Source: Spirochaetia bacterium
GTDB lineage: Bacteria > Patescibacteriota > Microgenomatia > UBA1400 > MFAQ01
Assembly: GCA_035477615.1 (NCBI GenBank)
Contig: DATIKJ010000041.1
Coordinates: 1 to 60,833 of the forward strand
Direction: 5' to 3'
DNA: 60,833 nt
The notes under the pieces were generated by a model. That model made no database searches and was not told the DNA's origin. It worked only from the letters and a program-made list of their open reading frames with translations. Position 1 is the stretch's first letter; each line of letters opens with the position of its first letter. This document shows, piece after piece, positions 37,164 through 46,386 of this stretch. The position numbers and the translations under genes are program-made.

Positions 37164-37445
37164 CTAAATATTGGATGGATCATCAATCTTGAAATATTCT
37201 TCGATCTTTTCAGGAGTGATGACTTGATAGCATTGATCTTTTATTATTGAATCAATATTTAGTCTTTTTGGATTGACCAACAAAGAGGCAATAACAGGAT
37301 CTTTTTCAAGGTCTTTCAGACCTTGAAGAATCCATCTGGTTGATTCGGTGCCAAGATTGTTTGAACGTAAACCGGATAGAAAAGAGTTTATTATGGTGTC
37401 AATAAAGACACTTTTTTCTTTTAAATCGTATATTTTTCCAGTCAT
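37164..37445 (-). CDS. Hypothetical protein (93 aa)
   Basis: ATG preceded by GGAGG (37454-37450) at 4-nt spacing. It has its own candidate promoter and terminator. Confidence 0.6.
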   Translation of the reverse strand: MTGKIYDLKEKSVFIDTIINSFLSGLRSNNLGTESTRWILQGLKDLEKDPVIASLLVNPKRLNIDSIIKDQCYQVITPEKIEEYFKIDDPSNI

Positions 37446-37480
37446 GATACCTCCTACGGTGGTTAAAGTGCGATGGACGG

Positions 37481-37509
37481 ATTTTATCTTATATACTGCA
37501 ATTCTGCAA
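37481..37509 (-). promoter_or_regulatory. Candidate promoter (TTGCAG-17 nt-TAAAAT)
   Basis: Minus strand: TTGCAG (37509-37504), 17-nt spacer, TAAAAT (37486-37481), upstream of the 93-aa gene. Confidence 0.3.
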
Positions 37510-37518
37510 GTTTACAGA

Positions 37519-40149
37519 TTAGCCCAGCTTTGGGTAATGACAGGCTTTCCATTTTTTGCCGCTACCACACCAACAGGGATCGTTGCGACCAATTTTGCTT
37601 TCTTTTTTTGCACTTACTTGTTTTTCGCCAGAGGCGGTCTTTTCAATCCCTTTTATGGGTTTGACCATTTCCTGAGGAACTTGAACTTGGACTCTAAAAA
37701 TACGATGGGCGGCAGTAGCATCAATACGCGATAGGAGGCTCTCAAACATAGCAAATGATTCCTGTTTGTACTCCACCAATGGATCTTTTTGGGCATAACC
37801 TCGTAGACCAATGCCATCACGAAGATTATCTATCGCATCAAGATGATTCATCCAAAGCTCATCGTAGGACTCAAGAAGGACGTATCGCTCGACTTGACCA
37901 AGCATGTCATCACCAAAACGCTCTTTTTGAGCTTTGCGAGCTTGAGAAATAACATTGCTTAGAATTTCTCTGAGTTCTTCGGATTCTTTGCCAACAAGAC
38001 TATTCTCAATCAGATCGGCAGATCTCGGGTCAATAGGTAGTATTGATTGAAACTCTTTAATGATCATATCGGCTTCAGTTTTGTTTATGCCTGATGCAGA
38101 ATAAATATTGGCAAGATAATTAATTTCTTTTTCTAGCGCCTGATCAATTTGTTTGGATGTTATTTCTGTTCCCCCGCCGAGAAGATTGAGACGGCGTTTA
38201 TAAAAAATTTGACGTTGTTTGTTCATAACATCGTCGTACTCGACGAGATGTTTTCTTTGATCAAAGTAAAAAGACTCTACTTTTGTCTGGGCTGTTTCGA
38301 TAGCCCTTGTAACCATGCCTGCCTCCAAAGGCTGATCTTCAGGAACTTTCAAGAAGTCCATTAATTTGCTAACTTGTTCGCCACCAAAAATGCGCATAAT
38401 GTCGTCTTCGAGTGAGATGTAGAAACGACTGGATCCAGGATCTCCCTGACGACCAGAACGACCTCTTAACTGGTTATCAATACGACGAGACTCGTGACGA
38501 ACAGCACCAACAATGTGTAGTCCACCGACTTTTTTGACCTTTTCGGCTTCTTTCTGCCATTCTTTTTCGTCACGACCACGTTTGTCTCCTCCAAGAACAA
38601 TGTCGACACCACGACCAGCAATATTGGTAGCTACTGTAACGGCGCCAAAACGACCAGCTTCGGAAATAATTTGAGCTTCGTTTTCGTGATTTTTGGCATT
38701 TAAGACTTGATGGGGAATTCTTTTTTTCTTAAGAAACTGAGTAACCACATCATTTTGCTCAATGGATTTTGTACCAATAAGAATTGGCTGACCTTTGGCG
38801 TGTAGCTCTGCTACCTCAGTGATAAGAGCAGAGTATTTGGCTCGCTGAGTTTTGTAGATGGTGTCCGTATGGTCTTGTCTGACACAAGGTTTGTTGGTTG
38901 GGATAACAATGACGTCGAGATTATATATTTTTTTGAACTCTTCGGCTTCTGTTGCGGCGGTACCAGTCATACCAGCAAGTTTTTCATAGAGTCTGAAATA
39001 GTTTTGCAAAGAAATTGTAGCTAAAGTACGGCTTTCTTGTTGGACCTTGACTCCTTCCTTGGCCTCAATCGCCTGATGCAAACCATCGGAGTAACGTCGG
39101 CCATACATCAAACGGCCGGTATGATCATCGACGATAATTATTTCGTCATCTTTAACAACGTAGTCTTTGTCATTTTTGAATAGAGTTTGAGCTTTGAGGG
39201 CTTGTTCTAGATGATGAAGACTTTGATAGTCTTGCTGATAGAGATTTTCAACATTGAGAATTTTTTCGAGTTTGCGAAGACCATGATCGGTGAGGTTGGC
39301 AGTGCGTTGTTTTTCATCAACTTCATAATCAGTATCAGCAGAAAGAGTTCTAATGAGTTGAGCAAATCGAAGATATTGGTCAGTAGCTTCGGAGTCTGGA
39401 GCTGAGATGATTAGAGGAGTACGAGCTTCATCGATAAGAATAGAGTCAACTTCGTCGACAATGGCAAAATGATGTGGCCTTTGAACGAGCTGATCAAGGG
39501 AACGGGCCATGTTGTCTCTTAAATAATCAAAACCAAATTCATTGTTGGTGCCGTAGGTGATATCGCAGTTGTAAGCCTCGGCTCTCGTAACCGGGCGAAG
39601 TTTTTGGAGACGAGTATCGACATGGGTACTGTCGTTGAATTCTGAGTCGTACATTGAGGCAGGGAGATCGCCCTGACCAGAAAAAATACAGCCGACAGTG
39701 AGTCCAAGAAAGTTATAAACGGGGCCCATCCAGCCGGCGTCACGGCGAGCAAGATAATCATTGACGGTAACTAAATGTGCACCTTTGCCAGTGAGGGCGT
39801 TGAGAACCATAGCGGGTACTGCAGAGAGAGTTTTTCCTTCACCCGTTTTTTGTTCGGCAATTTTGCCATAATGGAAAGCGAGTGAGGCCATAAGCTGAAC
39901 ATCGTAAGGACGAAGTCCGAGGGTTCTGACGGCAGCTTCGCGGGTGAGAGCAAAGACTTGGGGAAGAACTTCTTCGATGCTTTTATCTCCTTTTAGTTCT
40001 TCTCTTATTTGGGCAATCTCTGCTGGAAACTCATCATCTTTCATTTTCTTGACTTTATCTTCAAGACTACTGATGATGGTAACTATCTTTTTCAGTTTTT
40101 CAACTTCAATTTTGTTGGGATTGAGAATGGGATCTAAGAATGAGAACAT
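37519..40149 (-). CDS. secA: Preprotein translocase ATPase SecA
   Basis: 876 aa with typical DEAD-motor motifs (KTGEGKTL, VDEVDSILIDEARTPLIIS, TNMAGRGVDI-like TNIAGRGVDI) and a C-terminal zinc finger CWCGSGKKWKACH. Confidence 0.97.
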   Translation of the reverse strand: MFSFLDPILNPNKIEVEKLKKIVTIISSLEDKVKKMKDDEFPAEIAQIREELKGDKSIEEVLPQVFALTREAAVRTLGLRPYDVQLMASLAFHYGKIAEQKTGEGKTLSAVPAMVLNALTGKGAHLVTVNDYLARRDAGWMGPVYNFLGLTVGCIFSGQGDLPASMYDSEFNDSTHVDTRLQKLRPVTRAEAYNCDITYGTNNEFGFDYLRDNMARSLDQLVQRPHHFAIVDEVDSILIDEARTPLIISAPDSEATDQYLRFAQLIRTLSADTDYEVDEKQRTANLTDHGLRKLEKILNVENLYQQDYQSLHHLEQALKAQTLFKNDKDYVVKDDEIIIVDDHTGRLMYGRRYSDGLHQAIEAKEGVKVQQESRTLATISLQNYFRLYEKLAGMTGTAATEAEEFKKIYNLDVIVIPTNKPCVRQDHTDTIYKTQRAKYSALITEVAELHAKGQPILIGTKSIEQNDVVTQFLKKKRIPHQVLNAKNHENEAQIISEAGRFGAVTVATNIAGRGVDIVLGGDKRGRDEKEWQKEAEKVKKVGGLHIVGAVRHESRRIDNQLRGRSGRQGDPGSSRFYISLEDDIMRIFGGEQVSKLMDFLKVPEDQPLEAGMVTRAIETAQTKVESFYFDQRKHLVEYDDVMNKQRQIFYKRRLNLLGGGTEITSKQIDQALEKEINYLANIYSASGINKTEADMIIKEFQSILPIDPRSADLIENSLVGKESEELREILSNVISQARKAQKERFGDDMLGQVERYVLLESYDELWMNHLDAIDNLRDGIGLRGYAQKDPLVEYKQESFAMFESLLSRIDATAAHRIFRVQVQVPQEMVKPIKGIEKTASGEKQVSAKKESKIGRNDPCWCGSGKKWKACHYPKLG

Positions 40150-40167
40150 ACGAGTTGATTATACCGG

Positions 40168-40797
40168 TTAGACGAGAGAAATGACGATATTAGAGGTGGT
40201 ATGAGTTTTGGTAAAGAAGAAGTGATCAGCAATCGAACGGAAAAAATTTGAGGAGATATTTTTTTCTTGCTGCCACCAAAGACGATTGATTAAGACAAAA
40301 CGTGCATGTTTTTTTAGCTGTTTTAAAAACTCGATATCTTCTAGTTTTTTGGGGATTTTCTGACCAATGAAGCAGTCGACCATAATAAGGTCAAATTGGT
40401 CATTTGGGGATAGTTTTTTTATAAAGGAGGTGGCGTCGGCAATAATTATTTTTAAGTTTTTGACTTTGCCAAGTTTAAAATACTTTTTACCAAGCTCTAC
40501 CATTAAGGGATCGATCTCTACAGCAGTTATATTTGCTTTGGGAAAATAGTGATTAATAAGGTGAGCATTACAACCACCGGCCAATCCGAGGAGAAGAACT
40601 TTTTGGGGATGAAAGTATTTGGGAAGAAGTGATTTTATTCCCCTTTTCCAAACATGAGTCATGATGTCTCCCGACTCGATCAAGCCATCGACAAATAAAA
40701 TAGTGGAGTTGAGAAATTGCTGAATAGAAATATTTTTGTTGTAACGAGAATCAGGAAATTTTATTTTTTGGGGAGAAAAATAGCGAAGAATACTCAT
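40168..40797 (-). CDS. Spermidine synthase-like class I SAM-dependent methyltransferase-fold protein
   Basis: VLLLGLAGGCNAHLINHYFPKANITAVEIDPLMVELGKKYF and FDLIMVDCF are Rossmann-fold MTase/aminopropyltransferase motifs. Confidence 0.6.
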   Translation of the reverse strand: MSILRYFSPQKIKFPDSRYNKNISIQQFLNSTILFVDGLIESGDIMTHVWKRGIKSLLPKYFHPQKVLLLGLAGGCNAHLINHYFPKANITAVEIDPLMVELGKKYFKLGKVKNLKIIIADATSFIKKLSPNDQFDLIMVDCFIGQKIPKKLEDIEFLKQLKKHARFVLINRLWWQQEKNISSNFFRSIADHFFFTKTHTTSNIVISLV

Positions 40798-41856
40798 TTA
40801 ATTTTTATCTTGATTTTCTAAAGCTTTGATCTCGGCTTGGATTTTTCTTGCTAGATCTCCCCACTCTTTGTAGTGAATATTGAGATTATTTTTATTTATC
40901 CTGATCGGAGCAAGGCCTTCGGCGAGAAAGCCAGCATCCAAAAGATCGGCGGCAGCTAGATCTCTCTCAAGATACGAGTCTGCTCCGGAGACGATGGCAA
41001 CCATAGAGTAACCTTCTCTAGTGGCAGTAACAATAGTGGAGTATCCAGCTTCTTCCGTGTAAGCGATCTTTAGACCAGTAATTCCTGGATACACACCAAG
41101 CAGACCGTTCCAGTTGGGAAGATAGTAGTAACCATGGTCGGCTGTTTTTTGAATGTCTTGATTATCTGATTTGGCGGCTTCCAGGATCTCTGGGTAATTT
41201 TTTTGTACGTTATTTACTAACTTACTAATGTCTAATAAAGTTGAGTACTGATTTTGATCATCTAGCCCATCTGGGTTGGCAAAATGGGAGTTTTTCAAAC
41301 CTAACAAAGTTGCTTTGGCGTTCATATAGTAGATAAATTCGCTGGGGTTGATACCGACTGCTTTTGCGGCACCATCAGCCAAGGTTTGAGCAGCATCGTT
41401 GGCACTAGTGGCAATGGCTCCACGAAGAAGATCGGCGACGGAAATTTTTTCGCCCTCTTTTAGACCGAGGATGGTGGGAACTTTATCAATTGATTCTTTG
41501 GTGGCAGTAATGAGATATTCTTTGGGAACTAAGTCGAGAGCTACTTGAGCAGAAAGAAGTTTGGTAAATGAGGCAGGAGATAAACGAACGTTGACCCCTT
41601 TGGCGTAGTAGACCTTATTAGTACTGTTGTTGTAGACCAGGTATCGAGGAATATTTTCTAAACTGGAAATTGTTTTAGCTTTAGAAGCGTCAAGATAAAT
41701 TGGCGGGGCAATTTTTTGTGATATTTTTCCAGTCTGATCTGGTCCTTGAAAAAAAGGTGAGACTAAATTGTGGGGAAAAATTTTTGGCAATATAAATATA
41801 ATGCTAACGATAAATGCAAATACAATAATCGCAATGATAAATAATCGCTTAACCAC
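40798..41856 (-). CDS. D-alanyl-D-alanine carboxypeptidase family (S11) penicillin-binding protein
   Basis: N-terminal TM segment, SxxK (ASFTKLL) and SxN (TSANDAA). GTG start overlapping the serS stop by 8 nt. Confidence 0.8.
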   Translation of the reverse strand: MVKRLFIIAIIVFAFIVSIIFILPKIFPHNLVSPFFQGPDQTGKISQKIAPPIYLDASKAKTISSLENIPRYLVYNNSTNKVYYAKGVNVRLSPASFTKLLSAQVALDLVPKEYLITATKESIDKVPTILGLKEGEKISVADLLRGAIATSANDAAQTLADGAAKAVGINPSEFIYYMNAKATLLGLKNSHFANPDGLDDQNQYSTLLDISKLVNNVQKNYPEILEAAKSDNQDIQKTADHGYYYLPNWNGLLGVYPGITGLKIAYTEEAGYSTIVTATREGYSMVAIVSGADSYLERDLAAADLLDAGFLAEGLAPIRINKNNLNIHYKEWGDLARKIQAEIKALENQDKN

Positions 41857-43123
41857 GCCTTATCTCAGTTTTTCCAATGAAAGGAATTAATACTTCAGGA
41901 ATTTTTACCGAACCGTCTGCTTGCTGATAGTTTTCGAGAATGGCGACTAACCAGCGAGGAGAGTTACTGGCGGTATTGTTGAGCATATGAACAAATTTGA
42001 TTTCATTGTTTACGTCACGATAGCGAATATTAGCTCTTCTGGATTGGAAGTCGAGCATGATGGAGTCTGAGGCAAGTTCGCCATAGTCGTTTCGGCCTGG
42101 CATCCAAGCCTCGAGATCATATTTTTTAGCTTGGGGTTCGCCCATGTCGCCAGTACACATCTTTAAGACGCGATATGGTAGCTTGAGTTCCTGAGCTATT
42201 TCTTCAGTTAGTGCCATCATTTCCTCGTGAAGTTTGAGGGACTCGGCTAAGTCATTTTTGCAAATGACGACTTGCTCTGTTTTGACAAATTCGTGAACAC
42301 GATAGATACCTTTGGTATCTTTGCCGTAGGAGCCTGCCTCCTTGCGGTAGCATGGAGAAAAACCAATCATACGAATTGGAAGATCTTTTTCGTAGAAAAC
42401 TTCATCTTGATACATCGAAACTAAAGGAACTTCGGCAGTACCAGCGAGATAGGTTTCGTCTTCGCCTGCCTCTGAAGTAAACTTGTATGTTTCTTTTTCA
42501 CCCCAAGGAAAATGGCCGGTGTTCACAAAGGCGCGTTTCTTGAGAATTACCGGAGGAGTAACTGGAGTGTAACCTTTGGAAATAAATTTTTGAAGAGTGT
42601 ACTGCATTAGAGCAAATTGAAGCATAACGCCTTCGTTCTTTAAATAGTATCCTCGGAAACCAGCAACTTTGGAACCGCGCTCGATATCAATAAGATCAAG
42701 AGACTCACCCAGCTCAATGTGATTTTTGGGAACAAAATCAAGTTTGACGATTTCTCCCCAAGTGCGAATAACCTCATTGCCTGAGCTATCTTTGCCAACA
42801 GGCACTTCATCTAAGGGGACGCCGGGAATCTGGAGCATTTGAGCATAAAATTCTTCTTCAACCTCACGAAGTTGTGGTTCAAAAGTTTGGAGCTGTTCCT
42901 TGAGTTCTCCTGACTTGGCCATGAGCTCTTGAGTGCGAGCTGATTTTAACTGTTCGTTTAGTTTGTTTCTTTCAGCTCTTAGAAGTTCTATCTTGCCAAT
43001 GAGATCACGACGTTTCGTATCAGAAGCAAGAATTTTGTCGATAGTTTCCGGACTAAAGTTTTTGTTGGCGATCGCCCGTTTGACTTTGTCTGGGTTTTCG
43101 CGAATAAAGGCTATATCAAGCAT
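41849..43123 (-). CDS. serS: Seryl-tRNA synthetase
   Basis: MLDIAFIRENPDKVKRAI, an N-terminal coiled-coil arm, and class II motifs (FSPCYRKEAGSYGKDTKGIYRVHEF). Confidence 0.96.
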   Translation of the reverse strand: MLDIAFIRENPDKVKRAIANKNFSPETIDKILASDTKRRDLIGKIELLRAERNKLNEQLKSARTQELMAKSGELKEQLQTFEPQLREVEEEFYAQMLQIPGVPLDEVPVGKDSSGNEVIRTWGEIVKLDFVPKNHIELGESLDLIDIERGSKVAGFRGYYLKNEGVMLQFALMQYTLQKFISKGYTPVTPPVILKKRAFVNTGHFPWGEKETYKFTSEAGEDETYLAGTAEVPLVSMYQDEVFYEKDLPIRMIGFSPCYRKEAGSYGKDTKGIYRVHEFVKTEQVVICKNDLAESLKLHEEMMALTEEIAQELKLPYRVLKMCTGDMGEPQAKKYDLEAWMPGRNDYGELASDSIMLDFQSRRANIRYRDVNNEIKFVHMLNNTASNSPRWLVAILENYQQADGSVKIPEVLIPFIGKTEIRRG

Positions 43124-43141
43124 GAGTTGATTATATCCTTT

Positions 43142-43729
43142 TTATATTCCTAAGTTACCAGCTACTTTCTGCATGGAAGTAAGACAGATTTCAATAAAAG
43201 TTTCTAGCTTGAGATTTAAACCATCTTCTTTTTCGCAAAGAATTACTTCGTCGCGGCGAGTACCTGCGGCAAACCTGGGTTCTTTAATAAATCTTTTTAA
43301 AACGGAACTAATTTTGACATCAGCTAATTTTTGACTGGGGTAGACGTAGGCTACCGCCATGATAAGGCCGGTGAGAGAATCGGCACAGAAAAGAGACCAC
43401 TCTGCTTTTGATTTTGGCTGAACTCCGGAAATATGTGGGCCGTGAGCTTGAACTATGCGTATTACTGTGTCTGATGCTTGTAGTCCATATTTAGTTAGGG
43501 CTTCTCGTGTGTGTTTTAAGTGTTCTTCTTTCCATGGCTCTGAGTAATCGATGTCATGAATGAGACCTGCAAGAAGCCAGTCTTTTTTGGGTGGTTCGTT
43601 GGAGTCAAGTAAATTATTCTCTTTGAAATAGTCAAAAAGTCCTCCCATGCAAGCTTGTAAAGCAAGTGAGTGTGTAAATATTTTTTCGTCGAGCTGGGTT
43701 TTTACTGCAGAAAGATATGGATCATTCAT
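43142..43729 (-). CDS. HD domain phosphohydrolase
   Basis: THSLALQ ... LLAGLIHDIDY is an H...HD metal-binding pattern. 195 aa. Confidence 0.7.
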   Translation of the reverse strand: MNDPYLSAVKTQLDEKIFTHSLALQACMGGLFDYFKENNLLDSNEPPKKDWLLAGLIHDIDYSEPWKEEHLKHTREALTKYGLQASDTVIRIVQAHGPHISGVQPKSKAEWSLFCADSLTGLIMAVAYVYPSQKLADVKISSVLKRFIKEPRFAAGTRRDEVILCEKEDGLNLKLETFIEICLTSMQKVAGNLGI

Positions 43730-43758
43730 ACCAATATTTTATGACGAAATGATGTGAA

Positions 43759-44232
43759 TTACTTGACCTGTTTGATGGAGTAAGAGATTGTTCCAGATGG
43801 AGCATCCACTTCGACTGTATCTCCAACTTTTTTACCAAGGAGAGCTTTGCCGAGAGGAGATTCATGAGAAATTTTCTTAGCAGCTGGATCGGCTTCCCAT
43901 TCACCAACAATAGTAAACTCGTGATTGGAACCATTGACTTCGATGTGAACAACACTGCCGAGGCCAACCATCTCCATACCGGCTTTTTGAACATCAACAA
44001 CGACAACTCTGGTGAGGATATCTTTGAGTTCTTCAACTCGACCTTCTACGGTTGAGAGGGCTTCTTTGGCAGAGTGATACTCGGCGTTCTCCGAGAGATC
44101 ACCAAAATCACGAGCCTTTGAGAGACGTTCAATAGCCTCAGGTCGTGTCGTTTTTTCTAGTTGTTCGAGTTCATCTACCAACTGGCGATAGCCAAGGGGT
44201 GTCATCTGAACTCTTTGTGTTTGCTGGTTCAT
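43759..44232 (-). CDS. greA: Transcription elongation factor GreA
   Basis: GDLSENAEYHSAKE coiled-coil tip motif and a C-terminal FKBP-like domain (ISHESPLGKALLGKKVGD). Confidence 0.93.
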   Translation of the reverse strand: MNQQTQRVQMTPLGYRQLVDELEQLEKTTRPEAIERLSKARDFGDLSENAEYHSAKEALSTVEGRVEELKDILTRVVVVDVQKAGMEMVGLGSVVHIEVNGSNHEFTIVGEWEADPAAKKISHESPLGKALLGKKVGDTVEVDAPSGTISYSIKQVK

Positions 44233-44389
44233 AATTTTTTTAATTACAGATTATAAATATAAGGCCTGTTTCCGATATGTCAAGCTGGGAAATAGGGTTT
44301 AAGCCACAAAATAGACAAGACTGCGGAAATATTGGGTTTGGGGATCTGCAGGCTTCAATCTTCTGGCTAACAGGGTGTATTTTACTCTT

Positions 44390-44419
44390 TTGAACCTGTC
44401 AAGTCAAATTTGGTACAAT
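44390..44419 (+). promoter_or_regulatory. Candidate promoter for tRNA-Glu (TTGAAC-18 nt-TACAAT with TG extension)
   Basis: TTGAAC at 44390-44395. TGGTACAAT at 44411-44419 (extended -10), 16 nt before the tRNA 5' end. Confidence 0.4.
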
Positions 44420-44435
44420 ATACAGGTTCGTCTAA

Positions 44436-44509
44436 GGTCCCGTCGTCTAGTGGTCTAGGACATTTGGTTCTCATCCAAAAGATCGCGGGTTCGACTCCCG
44501 CCGGGATCA
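44436..44509 (+). tRNA. tRNA-Glu (anticodon CUC)
   Basis: Hand-folded cloverleaf. Acceptor GGTCCCG/CGGGATC; D arm GTCT/GGAC; anticodon stem TTTGG/CCAAA with loop TTCTCAT; T arm GCGGG-TTCGACT-CCCGC; discriminator A. No encoded CCA. Confidence 0.9.
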
Positions 44510-44593
44510 CAGAAAGAGGCTAGGTGAAAATTTCATTGTTTCTTATGAACTTGATTTGATTCCAACTGAATGTGGAGTTTTATTTTTGCCAAT

Positions 44594-44622
44594 AAAAAAC
44601 CCGACTCGAAAGAGGCGGGTTT
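44594..44622 (-). terminator. Rho-independent terminator after the macro-domain gene (bidirectional shape)
   Basis: Plus strand reads AAAAAA-CCCGACTC-gaaa-GAGGCGGG-TTT. On the minus strand the hairpin is followed by TTTTTT, 20 nt past the stop at 44642. Confidence 0.6.
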
Positions 44623-44641
44623 GTAGAATATGGGAGATTCT

Positions 44642-45154
44642 TCACTTGATCATTGAACTGTCGAGAAGTAATTTTACAGCGTCAGGGTTGTTGAAAACCA
44701 CAATGTAAATTTGCAGATTCCAGTCGTCATCAGCTAGGAACTTGTCAATGGCTACTTTAATTTGATCAACTACTGCTTCCATATTCGGCTCAACGGTGCC
44801 GAGCATGACACCTGTTCGCATAAGCGGGAAAGCAACGGTCTTGTACCCTTGAACCTTAGTTTCACGAAGAGCTGAGTATATGAGGTCGCCAAGTGGCGAC
44901 AGGAGATCGTCAACTACAAAGATAACGTCCTTGAAACTGCCGGCATGCGAATGAAGTCCCTTTTTGGCAACTACAATCTTGCCGTCCTTTAATGGAATCC
45001 CCATCGCCTGCGAGTGGTATAGATTCCCTGCTACTCGCATGATTGCTCCGTCGATTCCGCCAAACCACATACATTCTGAGTTGATAAGGGTTACAAGAGC
45101 GTCTACTTCGACATCTTTGGTAACATCTCCTGTTTTAACGAATACGCTTGTCAT
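44642..45154 (-). CDS. Macro domain (ADP-ribose binding/hydrolase-like) protein
   Basis: GDVTKDVEVDALVTLINSECMWFGGIDGAIMRVAG parallels the macro-domain N-terminal motif (GDIT..vDAIVNAAN....GGGVdgAI). ATG preceded by AAAGGAGTG. Confidence 0.68.
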   Translation of the reverse strand: MTSVFVKTGDVTKDVEVDALVTLINSECMWFGGIDGAIMRVAGNLYHSQAMGIPLKDGKIVVAKKGLHSHAGSFKDVIFVVDDLLSPLGDLIYSALRETKVQGYKTVAFPLMRTGVMLGTVEPNMEAVVDQIKVAIDKFLADDDWNLQIYIVVFNNPDAVKLLLDSSMIK

Positions 45155-45264
45155 TCTTCACTCCTTTGTAAATGAACGTGCTGGGAATATTTGAAATAAG
45201 GTTTACTTTGTGCCTATATCTCTTGTATTATCGATACTTATCGTACCATAAAACTGACTATAAG

Positions 45265-46350
45265 TCAAGCTATAGGTCTAACTCTCGTGAGAGTACTTGG
45301 TTTGTTTGATTTTATCCAGTCAAATATTTTTTCTATACAGTCTGCTACTTCAAGAGATTGATCTTTTTTATAAAAAGTACCGCCTGATGCGCGATCGTGA
45401 CCACCACCAATTTTTTGTTTTTCCATAAATTCACGGACATTGACACTGTTTGGTAGAGAACGACAGGAGATGTTGATATCCCCACCTTTGTCTGGTGTGA
45501 TAACAAAACCCCATGTATAACCTTCAATGGTTCTTATGAATTCTGAAGAATATCGATGGCTAGCTTCACTAATTTCACTCCTGGTGAGATTGTTTTCTGT
45601 AGAGTATTTTCTAGTAATAAATGAGTACTGAAAATCTGGCCAGTTTTCGACTGATGAATAATGAGTGTTCTTGATAAATTCTTGGATAACTTTGAAGATT
45701 CTAGGGGAAATACTACGATATCTCGATTGAAATTCCTGAATTTCTATTTGGCCAATTTCTAACAGTTTCTGAGCGATAGTAAGAGTTGATAATTGATTTT
45801 CTTTGAGATAAGTAAAATTGCCTGTATCTCCAAGGATACCTAGGAGAAATATCTCAGCCAGCGGTTTGTCAATTTTCACATTTGTAAATAAGCTGCGATA
45901 GATTACCTCGGCGCACGATGGATATTGTGGAACTACAAGACTTAGGGTGAAGTCTTCAATAGGAGAAGAGTGGTGATCAATACAAATTGTGTGAGAGATT
46001 CTCTTTAGTACCTCTTCTTTTTTTGAAAAACGATAATAATTGTTTCCATCAACCATAATTAACAGATCTGTGTTGGAAAGATGATTGGCAATGTCATCAA
46101 CAAACTCGATTTTGTCAAAATGCTTGAATATTTTGTATTTGGTGTCCGGATCACTTGAATAGACAATTCTGGTGTTTTTTTGTGGGAAGTTGATGGAGAT
46201 GATTTCGTAGGTGGCAAGAACGCTTGAGATCGAGTCTTCATCTGGATTTTCGTGAGCGGTAATGGTGATATTGTGCGCATTGTCAACTAATTTGTTAAAC
46301 TTGGAGACAAAATTGGCTGAGATTTCTTTATATTCCACAAGGGATATCAT
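45265..46350 (-). CDS. nrnA: DHH/DHHA1 phosphoesterase (NrnA-like nanoRNase / pAp phosphatase)
   Basis: ITAHENPDEDSISS (DHH motifs I-II), LIMVDGN, CIDHHSS (DHH) and GGGHDRASGG (DHHA1 GGGH). The symbol is tentative. Confidence 0.78.
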   Translation of the reverse strand: MISLVEYKEISANFVSKFNKLVDNAHNITITAHENPDEDSISSVLATYEIISINFPQKNTRIVYSSDPDTKYKIFKHFDKIEFVDDIANHLSNTDLLIMVDGNNYYRFSKKEEVLKRISHTICIDHHSSPIEDFTLSLVVPQYPSCAEVIYRSLFTNVKIDKPLAEIFLLGILGDTGNFTYLKENQLSTLTIAQKLLEIGQIEIQEFQSRYRSISPRIFKVIQEFIKNTHYSSVENWPDFQYSFITRKYSTENNLTRSEISEASHRYSSEFIRTIEGYTWGFVITPDKGGDINISCRSLPNSVNVREFMEKQKIGGGHDRASGGTFYKKDQSLEVADCIEKIFDWIKSNKPSTLTRVRPIA

Positions 46351-46354
46351 AGCA

Positions 46355-46383
46355 TTAAAAAACCCGCTATAAGCGGGTTTTTG
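46355..46383 (-). terminator. Rho-independent terminator after the L,D-transpeptidase gene
   Basis: AAAAAACCCGC-tataa-GCGGGTTTTT is a perfect 7-bp stem flanked by A and T runs, immediately after the stop at 46387. Confidence 0.65.
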
Positions 46384-46386
46384 AGT

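Noticed and set aside
43722-44036. 104-aa ORF overlapping greA in another frame
   Set aside because: It lies almost entirely inside the well-supported greA coding sequence on the same strand and has no motifs.
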